A stretch of DNA of 64,000 bases from a virus. Positions within the stretch are counted from its first letter, which is position 1. Each line of letters begins with the position of its first letter. This document shows positions 1-9,516 of the stretch, in pieces. Both the position numbers and the translations under genes were made by a program. The notes below the pieces were generated by a model. It made no database searches. It was not told the origin of the DNA and was given only the letters and a program-made list of their open reading frames with translations. The stretch covers positions 24,691 to 88,690 of IMG/VR virus record IMGVR_UViG_3300008117_006248. The stretch is one strand, 5' to 3'.

Positions 1-634
1 ATTTTATTATGCCCATCACATGACCTCTATCGAAGGAGGGATGATAAGCACAAATAATCATGACATATATCAATTAATTAGAGCTTTTAGATCTCACGGC
101 ATGCTTAGAGAAACCACGGACGAAAGTTTAAAGCAAAAAGTTTTAAATGAACATCCAGATCTTAATAAAGATTTCGTTTTCCTAGAAGCTGCTCATAATT
201 TTAGATCAACAGAAATCAACGCTATATTAGCCCTAAATCAAATACAAAATCTAGACGAAAATAATAAAATACGAGCAGAAAATTTAGATATATTTTTAAA
301 TAATTTAAACCCAGAAAAGTTTTTCGTTGATTTCGACAGAGTAGGCAACTCTAATTACGCTTTCACGTTAATTCTAAAAAAACCAGATTGGGCATTAAGA
401 ATTAATGTAGAAACAGCATTGCGCAATGCAGGTATTGAGTTTAGGCGAGGTTTGTCTGGCGGAGGCAACCAACTACGTCAACCCTATCTTAAGAGATTAT
501 TTGGAAATAGTTATCTTAATTTTCCAATAACTGATCACTGCCATAACTTTGGCTGGTACATTGGAAACTACCCAGAACTTCCAAAACAGCGAATTACAGA
601 GCTTACTTCTATCGTAAATGATTTACCTTCATGA
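1..634 (+). CDS. DegT/DnrJ-family PLP enzyme, ColD/E1(RfbH)-type NDP-4-keto-6-deoxysugar 3-dehydratase (5'-truncated by window)
   Basis: The frame is open from position 2 and reads FYYAHHMTSIEGGMIST..RSHG..HNFR. His sits at the position of the usual PLP-binding Lys, as in ColD/RfbH. The C-terminus WYIGNYPEL is typical of the family. Confidence 0.8.
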   Translation, partial: FYYAHHMTSIEGGMISTNNHDIYQLIRAFRSHGMLRETTDESLKQKVLNEHPDLNKDFVFLEAAHNFRSTEINAILALNQIQNLDENNKIRAENLDIFLNNLNPEKFFVDFDRVGNSNYAFTLILKKPDWALRINVETALRNAGIEFRRGLSGGGNQLRQPYLKRLFGNSYLNFPITDHCHNFGWYIGNYPELPKQRITELTSIVNDLPS

Positions 635-1608
635 TTTTAGTCAAATCTCCATTTAGAGTATCATTTTTTGGCGGATCAACCGACTATGCTGATTTTTATG
701 AGCAGCATGGCTCTTTTATATTCGGGTGTGCTATCAATAAATATGCATATCTTTCTATCAGAAACAAGCCTAAAATTTTATCAGAAGCCAGCACCATAAG
801 TTATTCTAAGTTTGAACGAGTTAAAGATTTAAGAGATATAGAAAATCCTTTGATCAGAGAAACTTTAAAATATTTCGGAGTAAATGGATCAATAGAATTT
901 ATCTCTTTTTCTGATATTCCATCTAGAACTGGCCTAGGAGGCTCTTCTTCTTATTGCGTCGGCATGAGCCATCTTTTAAGAACCTTTTTAGGCAAAGAAA
1001 TATCAAAAAAACAAATAGCAAAAGATGCTATAGAAATAGAAAGGAATATTCTCAAAGAAAGCGGAGGAATCCAAGACCAGATTTGGGCAGCGTATGGCGG
1101 TTTAAATACGATAGAAATACAAAAAAATGGAAACTTCTTTGTAAAACCATTGCCAATCACAAATGAATTCAAGCAGCATCTCCGCGATTCAATGATTCTA
1201 ATTTATTCTAACGAGCAAAGAATTTCTGATAACGTAGCTAAATCTCACGAAAATAAAGATAAAATGCCAATCTTGAAATTGGCTTACGAAGCTTATAATC
1301 ATTTACTTTCCGAAGACATTAAATCTATGGGAAATCTTATGTACAATGCTTGGCTCGAAAAATCTAAAATTTCCAGCCATGTTTCTACCAAATCTGTTGA
1401 GTCTATAATATCTTCATGTATGAACGCTGGGGCTTATGGAGCTAAATTGCTAGGAGCTGGAGGATGTGGATTCGTCTTGGTTTTATGCGACCCCTCCGTT
1501 AAGAAAAAAATATCAGAAATTTTTGCAGATAATATTTTAGAATTTGATTTTGACTATAATGGAGCTTATACAATCTTTGATAATTCATATGGATCATCCA
1601 TTAAATGA
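631..1608 (+). CDS. hddA: GHMP sugar kinase, HddA-like (D-glycero-D-manno-heptose 7-phosphate kinase)
   Basis: Motifs SPFRVSFFGGSTDY, SDIPSRTGLGGSSS, GGIQDQ and GAKLLGAGGCGF; ATGA overlap with the upstream gene. Confidence 0.8.
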   Translation: MILVKSPFRVSFFGGSTDYADFYEQHGSFIFGCAINKYAYLSIRNKPKILSEASTISYSKFERVKDLRDIENPLIRETLKYFGVNGSIEFISFSDIPSRTGLGGSSSYCVGMSHLLRTFLGKEISKKQIAKDAIEIERNILKESGGIQDQIWAAYGGLNTIEIQKNGNFFVKPLPITNEFKQHLRDSMILIYSNEQRISDNVAKSHENKDKMPILKLAYEAYNHLLSEDIKSMGNLMYNAWLEKSKISSHVSTKSVESIISSCMNAGAYGAKLLGAGGCGFVLVLCDPSVKKKISEIFADNILEFDFDYNGAYTIFDNSYGSSIK

Positions 1609-2035
1609 TTTTAGAGTCGGTATCGTATCTGGATATTTTAATCCAATACACTATGGACATATAGAATATATCGATGGCGCAAAAGATAATTGCGACCTTT
1701 TGATAGCTATAGTCAATAGCGATTTACAAGTTTTTTTGAAAGGAAGCAAGCGCTTCATGGACGAAGAGCATAGAAGAAAAATCGTTTCTAGATTAAAATC
1801 TGTTGATATAGCTACTATTTCCATTGACAAAGATAAAACTCAATGCGCTACTTTAATTAAAATAAGAGAGATGTTTCCTAAATATAAAATGTACTTTTTT
1901 AATAGCGGAGATAGAAAGGAAGGCAACCTCGTATCGGCAGAATCTGAAACATGTAAAGCTCATAATATTTTTGAAATCGTATTAGATTTGCCTAAAATAT
2001 ATTCATCAAGTGATTTATTAAAAAATAATTTATGA
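1589..2035 (+). CDS. Cytidylyltransferase-family nucleotidyltransferase (TagD/RfaE domain II-like)
   Basis: VSGYFNPIHYGHIEY (HxGH), IVNSD..KG and terminal SSSDLL motifs. The ATG at 1589 is preferred over the TTG at 1544. Confidence 0.8.
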   Translation: MDHPLNDFRVGIVSGYFNPIHYGHIEYIDGAKDNCDLLIAIVNSDLQVFLKGSKRFMDEEHRRKIVSRLKSVDIATISIDKDKTQCATLIKIREMFPKYKMYFFNSGDRKEGNLVSAESETCKAHNIFEIVLDLPKIYSSSDLLKNNL

Positions 2036-2340
2036 CATTCAAAGAATATTACCAAATGTATTTGACTTTGCACAAAAATAAATGGAACAGAAGACTTCAT
2101 GTTCTTGGGCAATTAGTCACGATTGCTTATTTTATTGCGTGTGTTTATTTGGTGTTTTGGAAGTCTTTGTTTTTCTTACCGTTGTTTATAGCTCTTCCTT
2201 TCGTAGTGTACCCATTTGCATGGAGCGGTCATTTTTTCATTGAGAAAAATAAGCCAGCTGCTTTTAAGAATCCTATTTGGGCTAAAGCCGCAGATTGGGT
2301 AATGTTAAAAGATATCATCCTCGGCAGAATTGAATTCTAA
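2032..2340 (+). CDS. DUF962/Mpo1-like membrane protein
   Basis: H..NRRLHVLG, two hydrophobic helices, and the AWSGHFFIEKNKPAAF signature. Confidence 0.75.
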   Translation: MTFKEYYQMYLTLHKNKWNRRLHVLGQLVTIAYFIACVYLVFWKSLFFLPLFIALPFVVYPFAWSGHFFIEKNKPAAFKNPIWAKAADWVMLKDIILGRIEF

Positions 2341-3470
2341 TGAAAATTATTGTCACAGGCATACTTGGCCAAGATGGCGCCAATATGGTGGAGTATTTAT
2401 TAAAAAATACTACCGCTGAAATTTATGGAATGATTAGAAGAAGCTCTAATCCAAATTTTATAAATTGTTTAAATTTTATTGGAGATTCTAGATTTAAATT
2501 GGTTTATGGAGACCTTTCGGATAGCGTAAGCATAGATAATCTAGTAAGAGAAATCCAGCCAGATTATTTTATTAATTTTGCTGCTCAAAGTTTTGTAGGA
2601 TGTAGTTGGAATATTCCGCTTCAGACATTCGACACTAACGCTACAGGCGTAGTAAGATGCTTAGAAGCTATAAGAAGATTTAAGCCAAACTGCCGATTTT
2701 ACTCTGCTGGATCTAGTGAAGAATTTGGCGACGTTTCTGCTATTCCCCAAGACATAACCCACCCCATCCGCCCAAGGAGTCCATATGGTGCATCCAAAGC
2801 TGCTGCAAGACATGCTGTTAAAGTTTACAGAGAGTCTTATAACTTATACGCTATACATGGAATTCTTTTTAATCACGAAGGAACTAAGAGAGGAGAAGAG
2901 TTTGTAACCAGAAAGATAACAAAGGGTGTTGCTAGAATATATCACGCTCTTAAAAATAATAAGACATTTAATCCGATAGAATTAGGTAATTTAGATGCTA
3001 AAAGAGACTGGTCCGACTCTGAAGATTTTGTTGATGGTGTATGGAAAATGTTAAATCAAGAAATTTATAGAAAAGAAGATTTTCAACCAGAACTTTATAG
3101 AGAAGAATCTTATAGTAAAAATTTACTTAAAAACATAAAAGATTATGTTCTTTCTAGCGACGAGACTCATTCTATTAGAGAATTTATTGAAATTGCATTT
3201 AATGAAATTGGAATTGAAGGAGTTTGGCACGGAACTGGAATTTTAGAAGAATATAGTATTTCTACAAAGTACGCCATCGCAAATGATCCATTGTCTTCTG
3301 TTTTAATTAAAGTAAATGAAAAATTTTACAGACCAGCAGAAGTCGATTTATTGATGGGAGACTCTACGCCAGCCAGAACAGAACTTAATTGGCTTCCAAA
3401 AACTGATTTCCAAGGTCTGGTGAAAAAGATGGTCGCCCACGACATATCTCTCCTTGACAAATCGGCTTGA
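2340..3470 (+). CDS. gmd: GDP-mannose 4,6-dehydratase (or GDP-heptose 4,6-dehydratase)
   Basis: TGILGQDG, AAQSFV, SPYGASK, GILFNHE, FVTRKIT, LGNLDAKRDW and YRPAEVDLLMGD motifs. Confidence 0.92.
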   Translation: MKIIVTGILGQDGANMVEYLLKNTTAEIYGMIRRSSNPNFINCLNFIGDSRFKLVYGDLSDSVSIDNLVREIQPDYFINFAAQSFVGCSWNIPLQTFDTNATGVVRCLEAIRRFKPNCRFYSAGSSEEFGDVSAIPQDITHPIRPRSPYGASKAAARHAVKVYRESYNLYAIHGILFNHEGTKRGEEFVTRKITKGVARIYHALKNNKTFNPIELGNLDAKRDWSDSEDFVDGVWKMLNQEIYRKEDFQPELYREESYSKNLLKNIKDYVLSSDETHSIREFIEIAFNEIGIEGVWHGTGILEEYSISTKYAIANDPLSSVLIKVNEKFYRPAEVDLLMGDSTPARTELNWLPKTDFQGLVKKMVAHDISLLDKSA

Positions 3471-3482
3471 TCAGGCAATACT
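3454..3482 (+). promoter_or_regulatory. sigma70-like promoter, probably leaderless
   Basis: TTGACA (3454-3459), 17-nt spacer, AATACT (3477-3482), then 6 nt to the GTG start at 3489. Confidence 0.55.
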
Positions 3483-3488
3483 AGGCGG

Positions 3489-3848
3489 GTGACTGCGAAA
3501 ACCAAAAAGCCCAGAAGTCTAAGCAAGCAACAACAATTAATCATAAATTTTTTATTAGAAACTAAGTCTTGTAATTGGCCTAACGAGATGCGAATCGCAA
3601 ATATGCTTATTAAAGAGCATGGCTTTGAGTGGCTCATGAGCCTTAGAGGCAGGACCAAAGTTATATCGCTTGTTTGGTTTTTGGGCGAAAACGGGAAAAA
3701 TTTTCTAAGAGACATCAAAAAATATCAATCCCTTTCTTTTGAAAAGGAGAAAATAATTCTAGAAGATAAACCTGTTGCCCCAGAAGTCGAAGTAAATAAA
3801 AAACCAACCTCAGTCAAAGAGTTCTTAAATCTTTTTAACAAAAAATAA
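3489..3848 (+). CDS. Hypothetical protein
   Basis: 119-aa ORF with a GTG start that fills the gap between gmd and recA, directly downstream of a promoter. Confidence 0.7.
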   Translation: MTAKTKKPRSLSKQQQLIINFLLETKSCNWPNEMRIANMLIKEHGFEWLMSLRGRTKVISLVWFLGENGKNFLRDIKKYQSLSFEKEKIILEDKPVAPEVEVNKKPTSVKEFLNLFNKK

Positions 3849-3849
3849 T

Positions 3850-4965
3850 ATGGCAAGACCCAAGAAAGAAGTGCAAGAAGTAGCAGAAGAATCAAACGCT
3901 TCAGGAAAACTAAAGGTTCTAGATAGCATCCTAAGCCGCAACAAAGATCACCATTATGCTTTTGATAATAATATTGATTATATCGTCAGCAGCGGCAGCT
4001 TGACTCTCGATATTGAAATGGGCGGCGGCATTCACCCCGGTATAGTACGGTCTTCTGGAATCACTGAAGGCGGCAAGACCAGCAACGCTCTTGCCTTCGC
4101 CCGTAATTTTCAAGTATTGCACCCTGAGAAAGGTTGTATTATTTATATCAAATCAGAGGGCCGTCTTAGCGAAAATATGGTCGCTAGGTCTGGTGTTGAT
4201 ACAGATCCAGCAAAATGGCGAGTCATTCCTACAAACGATTATGAGTTTGTGACCGACACAATGCGCGAATTGATTAAAGATAATGATGAAGGCAACATTT
4301 ACTTTTTTATAATTGATAGCCTCGACGCTTTGGTTCCCAGAAATGATCTAGCCAAGTCTGCTACTGAAGCGAACAAAACCGCTGGAGCGGCTTTGCTCAC
4401 ATCAGATCTGTTGCGCAAGATGGCTGCGGCCTTTTCTTCTAGAGGCCATATTTGCTTCATTATTTCTCAAGTTAGATCTTCGATCAAGATTAACCCGTAC
4501 GAGAAAGGCGACCCAAAGGTCACTAACGCAAGCGGCGGAAATGCTGCTCTGCACTACTCCGATTGGATCCTTGAATTCCAGCAGCGGTGGAATAAAGATT
4601 TTATTTATGCTAACGCTAAAGGCGATGGCAACCCTGTTGGTCATTGGTGCAAGATAGTCTTTAGAAAGACGCCTAATGAAAAGTCTGGTAGAGAGGTCCG
4701 CTATCCAATCAAATATGGACGCTCTAACGGCTCTAGTGTTTGGGTGGAATACGAAATCGTAGACCAACTTTTAGCTTGGGAATTTGCCCACGCCAAAGGA
4801 GCGTGGATTACCATTACCGACGAGCTTATCAAAGAACTTGCTGACAATAGTCTTGAGATGCCAAAACAACATCAAGGCGAGGCCAATCTTAAAAATTTCC
4901 TTGAAGAGCATCAAGACATTACACAGTATTTATTCAATAAATTTATAAGCGCTCTTAAAAAGTGA
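3850..4965 (+). CDS. recA: RecA/UvsX-like recombinase
   Basis: SSGSLTLDIEMGGG, Walker A GITEGGKTS, Walker B FIIDSLDAL, ISQVR, and SGGNAALHYS. Confidence 0.9.
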   Translation: MARPKKEVQEVAEESNASGKLKVLDSILSRNKDHHYAFDNNIDYIVSSGSLTLDIEMGGGIHPGIVRSSGITEGGKTSNALAFARNFQVLHPEKGCIIYIKSEGRLSENMVARSGVDTDPAKWRVIPTNDYEFVTDTMRELIKDNDEGNIYFFIIDSLDALVPRNDLAKSATEANKTAGAALLTSDLLRKMAAAFSSRGHICFIISQVRSSIKINPYEKGDPKVTNASGGNAALHYSDWILEFQQRWNKDFIYANAKGDGNPVGHWCKIVFRKTPNEKSGREVRYPIKYGRSNGSSVWVEYEIVDQLLAWEFAHAKGAWITITDELIKELADNSLEMPKQHQGEANLKNFLEEHQDITQYLFNKFISALKK

Positions 4966-5378
4966 AGCTTTACAATGTGTACGGAAAGATAGTTAGCAAA
5001 AATGTCTCTCAATATTTGATTGACTGGGACGCTAATTCTCGATCCAAAGTACAATTCAACACAAAGCAATTCTTAAGGACTTACTGGAAAAATCATATAG
5101 TATACGAAGAGTTTCCCGTCTTTGGCTCTAGACTGAAAGTAGATATCGTCAACGCTACCCTCAGAATAGCCGTTGAAGTACACGGCAAGCAACACACTTC
5201 ATATAATAAATTTTTTCATGGTGAGTCTCGTCTAAACTATCTTAAATCTATTAAAAGAGATGTAGCTAAAGAGAAGTGGCTATCTATAAATAAGTTCCAA
5301 CTTGTGGAAATTTATGAAGACGAAGTCAAAAATCTTTCCGCTCAGTTTTTTAAGGATAAATTTAATATAATTCTTTAA
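4962..5378 (+). CDS. PD-(D/E)XK endonuclease, Vsr/DUF559-like
   Basis: EEFPV..LKVD..IAVEVHGKQH..RDVAKEKW pattern; GTG start overlapping the recA stop (GTGA). Confidence 0.7.
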   Translation: MKLYNVYGKIVSKNVSQYLIDWDANSRSKVQFNTKQFLRTYWKNHIVYEEFPVFGSRLKVDIVNATLRIAVEVHGKQHTSYNKFFHGESRLNYLKSIKRDVAKEKWLSINKFQLVEIYEDEVKNLSAQFFKDKFNIIL

Positions 5379-6841
5379 TGGCCATATACTCGCTACAGGT
5401 AGAAAAATACGTCTTGTCTGGTCTTATCAGACATCCAGCTTCTTTCGCTGACATAGAAAGCTTTATTAATGAAAGTGATTTTATTAATGATGTGCATTAC
5501 ACCATCTTCTGCGTCTTCAAGGAAACGTTTAACAAAGGCGAGCAGATTGACAAGATCTTGATTTCTCAAAAATGCAAGAATCTTGGGATTACATTTAAGG
5601 ATCAATCTATTGATATCTTTAGTTATGTTAACAGCATCTGTTTGATACCAACCTCTCAGGCTGGTCTTATTGAAGGCGCTAAAGAGTTGCTTAAACTGCG
5701 CGTCAGGCGAGAAATCGAGCAGACCGGGGACGAGATCAAAAAGTTTGCTAATTCTTGCGCCGAAAAGCCAATTGAAGAAATCATTACAGAATCTGATAAG
5801 ATTTACAATAGCAAAATTTGCACCTACGCCTCTGAAAATAATAAACCAGAAGACATAACTAATAATGTCATTGAAATTATTGAAGAGCGCGGCAACAACC
5901 CCATCGAAGACACAGGCCTAACAAGCCCTTACGCGAACTTTAATCGCCTCTATGGCGGAATTCGACCCGGCAATCTGTATGCTTGGGTAAGCAGGCCAAA
6001 GCATGGCAAGTCAACGATCCTAAATGATCTCGCCATCAAAATTACTTCAATTAACAAAGGATGCAAGGCGCTGGTTCTTGATACAGAAATGTCTACCATA
6101 GATATGAAGTTTAGAATAGCTTCATCTTTGACTGGAATTCCAGTATGGTATCTTGAAACTGGAAACTGGAAAAAGAACAATAATCTATATCAAAAGTTTG
6201 AGCAAAGTAAGGATAAAATTCGTGCTCTTAATAATCAAGTCGATCATTTACAAGTCGCAGGCAAACCAATTGAAGAGGTTGTTTCTATTGTCAAGCGCTG
6301 GTATTTCTCGAAGGTAGGTCGTGGCAATCAATGTGTTGTTGTTTACGATTATATTAAATTAACCGGAGAATCAGATAAGAATAAACAAGAATATCAGCTA
6401 ATCGGCGAAAAAGTCAATGCCTTAAAGGAGCTTTGCTCTGAGCTTAATATTCCCATTCTTACTGCTTGCCAATTAAATCGTAGCGCAGAAAGCGGCGTTG
6501 ATGATAGCAGCGCGATCTCTCAGTCTGATCGGTTGCAATGGTTCGCTTCATTTGTAGCTATTTTTAGACGCAAAAGTGTTGAAGAAATAGCTGACGACGG
6601 CCCAGAATTTGGTTCTCATAAGCTCATACCGCTTGCCACCCGCTTTCAAGGAAAAGATTCTGCTGGCCATCACGACTTAGTCAGAATCCAAGAAGGCAAA
6701 AAAGTTAAATATATGCCTAACTATATAAGCTTTAACATTAATAATTTTAATGTTCAAGAGACTGGAACGCTTGAGGATATTCTGTCTGCGAGAGCGTTGA
6801 AACCTGAGCTTGATGATTCTGGCGATGGCGAAGTTCTATGA
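5378..6841 (+). CDS. dnaB: Replicative DNA helicase, DnaB family
   Basis: SRPKHGKST Walker A, LDTEMS, VVVYDYIKL and ACQLNRS motifs; N-terminal DnaB-like helical domain; no intein visible. Confidence 0.92.
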   Translation: MAIYSLQVEKYVLSGLIRHPASFADIESFINESDFINDVHYTIFCVFKETFNKGEQIDKILISQKCKNLGITFKDQSIDIFSYVNSICLIPTSQAGLIEGAKELLKLRVRREIEQTGDEIKKFANSCAEKPIEEIITESDKIYNSKICTYASENNKPEDITNNVIEIIEERGNNPIEDTGLTSPYANFNRLYGGIRPGNLYAWVSRPKHGKSTILNDLAIKITSINKGCKALVLDTEMSTIDMKFRIASSLTGIPVWYLETGNWKKNNNLYQKFEQSKDKIRALNNQVDHLQVAGKPIEEVVSIVKRWYFSKVGRGNQCVVVYDYIKLTGESDKNKQEYQLIGEKVNALKELCSELNIPILTACQLNRSAESGVDDSSAISQSDRLQWFASFVAIFRRKSVEEIADDGPEFGSHKLIPLATRFQGKDSAGHHDLVRIQEGKKVKYMPNYISFNINNFNVQETGTLEDILSARALKPELDDSGDGEVL

Positions 6842-7773
6842 ATGACTGCGAATCTGTAAGAAAAATACTTACTGACATAGGATATGTTTTAACTGATCAT
6901 GGCCGAGAATATCGGACAAGACCTCTTTATAGAGATTCCGGTAACGATAATGTTCTTAGAATTTGGAAGAATTCTGGCCAATGGGTGGACTTCAAAGAAA
7001 ACATTAGCGGTTCTATTGAAGATTTAGTAAAACTTACCCTAAAACTTAAAACGATTGACGATGCTAAAAAGTGGATTTCTGAGAAAGGGATAGACACATC
7101 TTATTCTGAAGACCACCAGCAAAGAGTCACCACCACCCAAACTACTGTTTTCGATAAATCTTTATTAATAAAGCTCTCAAGAGACGATTCTTATTGGGAA
7201 GGAAGAGGTATTTCAACTCAAACCTTGCAACCGTTCCAAGGAGGCGTTGCTTCTACAGGCAAGATGTTTAATAGATATGTTTTTCCCATCTTTAACTGCA
7301 AAGATGAGATAGTCGGATTCGCTGGGAGAGATGTTTCTAAAACAAGTCTAGAAGGACGACCTAAGTGGAAGCTTATTGGAGATAAAAAAGAGTGGGCCTT
7401 CCCGCTAAAGGTTAATGCTAAAGACATCAAGTCTTCTAAAATAATTATCTTAGTAGAAAGCATAGGCGATATGCTGGCGCTTAGAGAAAATGGAATTAAT
7501 AATTCTATTGTTTCTTTTGGTTTAAACCTTTCTCCTAAAATTATTTACTCTTTGATTGGCTATAATCCTAAAAAAATTATCATTGCTTTCAACGACGACT
7601 CTTTTAATAATGCTGCCGGAAATCTGGCGGCAGAATCAGCGCAGCAAAGGCTTTTAAATTACTTTGATCCAAGTCAAGTGCAAATCAAGCTTCCTTTCGG
7701 AGCAAAAGATTTTGGAGAAATGCATTTAAAAGATAGATCTTTAGTTTTTAACTGGTATAATTCTATCCAATGA
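6838..7773 (+). CDS. dnaG: DNA primase, DnaG-like (TOPRIM)
   Basis: NRYVFPIFN..IVGFAGR, PKWK, ILVESIGDML, IIIAFNDD and AKDFGEM motifs. Confidence 0.88.
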   Translation: MNDCESVRKILTDIGYVLTDHGREYRTRPLYRDSGNDNVLRIWKNSGQWVDFKENISGSIEDLVKLTLKLKTIDDAKKWISEKGIDTSYSEDHQQRVTTTQTTVFDKSLLIKLSRDDSYWEGRGISTQTLQPFQGGVASTGKMFNRYVFPIFNCKDEIVGFAGRDVSKTSLEGRPKWKLIGDKKEWAFPLKVNAKDIKSSKIIILVESIGDMLALRENGINNSIVSFGLNLSPKIIYSLIGYNPKKIIIAFNDDSFNNAAGNLAAESAQQRLLNYFDPSQVQIKLPFGAKDFGEMHLKDRSLVFNWYNSIQ

Positions 7774-8717
7774 GCAACGTAGAAAAAGTAAAGCTAAGCG
7801 CTAGTAAAATCAAAACTGCCGAAGGTTGCAGTTGGCTTTACTATACTAAATATATCCTTAAGCTGCCAGATACATCAAACTCTGGCGCATCTAGAGGAAC
7901 AATCTGCCATTTAATTTTTGAGCTTCTCTTAACTGACAGACACAAGAAATATTTTGAAGATCTATGCTCTGGTAAAGCTGGCGTGATTAAAAACCCAGCT
8001 ATTCATAGACTTATTCTAAAACACGCTAAAAAACTAAAAGTAGATGATGAAGAAAATCTAGATCTGATTTATAACATGATTCAGACTGGTCTTCAAAGCG
8101 ACTTTTTTTGCAACGGAGCGTTACTTGTAGAAGCAGAGTCTGAGTTCAAGCTAGAAGAAGAAGACTACATCATCAATGGCTTCATCGACAAGCTCGCAAA
8201 ATTCAGCGACACAGAATATAAAATATACGACTACAAATCAAGCAAGGGAAAATTCTCTAAAGAAGAAATTGACTTCAATCTTCAAAACTTGATGTATTCT
8301 TTAGCTGTATTTAAAACTAAGGGGCACATTCCTGACGTATCTTTTATATTTCTTAAGTTTAAAAAGCAACCGATTCAAGAAGCCCCGAAACCAACCGCAG
8401 AACAGCTAGAAGGTTTTAAGGCCTATCTAAGTTATGTAGCTGGTTATATTTCTTCTTTTGATGAAAAGAAAGCTATCGAAAATCTTGCTGCAAGCTCGCC
8501 AAAGAAAAAATGGATGTGTGGAAGCGATGTCCCCGGCAAGTGGATTTGCCCGTCGAGATCTCCAGTTACTTATTACGTTGGGGTTGACGAGAATGATAAA
8601 TTTATAAAGTCTTCATTTAAAAAAGAAGATCTAATTAATGATGCAAAGGTAAAGTTAATAAACAAAAAAGACTACAAAGGCTGCCCCTTCTGGCGCAAGG
8701 ATGACCCAACTTTCTGA
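7770..8717 (+). CDS. RecB/AddB/Cas4-like PD-(D/E)XK exonuclease with probable Fe-S cysteines
   Basis: LSASKIK..C..LY, RGTICHLIFE, INGFIDKL, IYDYKSSK and Q..MY motifs; one N-terminal and three C-terminal Cys. Confidence 0.8.
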   Translation: MSNVEKVKLSASKIKTAEGCSWLYYTKYILKLPDTSNSGASRGTICHLIFELLLTDRHKKYFEDLCSGKAGVIKNPAIHRLILKHAKKLKVDDEENLDLIYNMIQTGLQSDFFCNGALLVEAESEFKLEEEDYIINGFIDKLAKFSDTEYKIYDYKSSKGKFSKEEIDFNLQNLMYSLAVFKTKGHIPDVSFIFLKFKKQPIQEAPKPTAEQLEGFKAYLSYVAGYISSFDEKKAIENLAASSPKKKWMCGSDVPGKWICPSRSPVTYYVGVDENDKFIKSSFKKEDLINDAKVKLINKKDYKGCPFWRKDDPTF

Positions 8718-8746
8718 TTGACTCTCTCCGAAAACCACGCCATAAT
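8718..8746 (+). promoter_or_regulatory. sigma70-like promoter, probably leaderless
   Basis: TTGACT (8718-8723), 17-nt spacer, CATAAT (8741-8746), then 5 nt to the ATG at 8752. Confidence 0.6.
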
Positions 8747-8751
8747 CCATC

Positions 8752-9516
8752 ATGTACTCGGCTGTCCCTTTATTTAAGTCTCACTATAGTCTTGGCAAAT
8801 CTGTTCTAACTCTTGCGAAAGCCGGATCAAGCGAGCCTGATGAACCGAGTTCTGTAATAGACATTGCTAAAAAACTAAATCTTAGTAAAATATATTTAGT
8901 AGATGATTCTATTTCTGGCTTCCTTGAAGCTTGCAAATCTTGTGAAGACGCCAAATTAGATTTTACTTTTGGCCTTCGCTTGACTGTCTGCGACGACATC
9001 AATAATAAAACAGCTGAATCCAGAGAGAAAGAGCACAAGATAATAGTCTTCATTAAAAAATCAGAAGGCTATCAGAATCTTATTAAGATATCTACCGTAG
9101 CAAGCACTAATGGATTTTACTATTATCCGAGAATAGACTGTAAAACTTTAAGAGAGCTTTGGAATAATGAGAATCTTTTGCTTTGCATTCCATTCTACGA
9201 CTCTTATGTTTACAAAAACAATTTGACTTACAGCATTTGCGCCCCTGACTTCAGCTTTTGCAATCCAACCTATTTTATTGAAGATAATAATCTTCCGTTT
9301 GATGGTATATTAAAGAAGAAAGTAGAGGAAATAGTTCCTGATAAAAATCTTGTAGTCAAAGCTCAGTCTATTTATTACGAAAACAAAGAAGATTTCTTGG
9401 CATACCTTACTTTTAGGTGCATCTCAGAAAGAACAACTTTGAGCAAACCCAACTTAGAGCACTGCTCTTCAAACGAATTCTGCGCCGAGTCATTCAAGGA
9501 AAAATATGGAAAATGA
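8752..9516 (+). CDS. Stand-alone PHP domain of DNA polymerase III alpha
   Basis: FKSHYSLGKS, GYQNLIKIST and GFYYYPRID match the DnaE N-terminal PHP domain. Confidence 0.8.
   Translation: MYSAVPLFKSHYSLGKSVLTLAKAGSSEPDEPSSVIDIAKKLNLSKIYLVDDSISGFLEACKSCEDAKLDFTFGLRLTVCDDINNKTAESREKEHKIIVFIKKSEGYQNLIKISTVASTNGFYYYPRIDCKTLRELWNNENLLLCIPFYDSYVYKNNLTYSICAPDFSFCNPTYFIEDNNLPFDGILKKKVEEIVPDKNLVVKAQSIYYENKEDFLAYLTFRCISERTTLSKPNLEHCSSNEFCAESFKEKYGK

Noticed and set aside
7770-8717. Cas4 as evidence of a CRISPR-Cas system
   Set aside because: There is no cas1/cas2 or array nearby, and Cas4/RecB-like nucleases are routine in phage replication modules.
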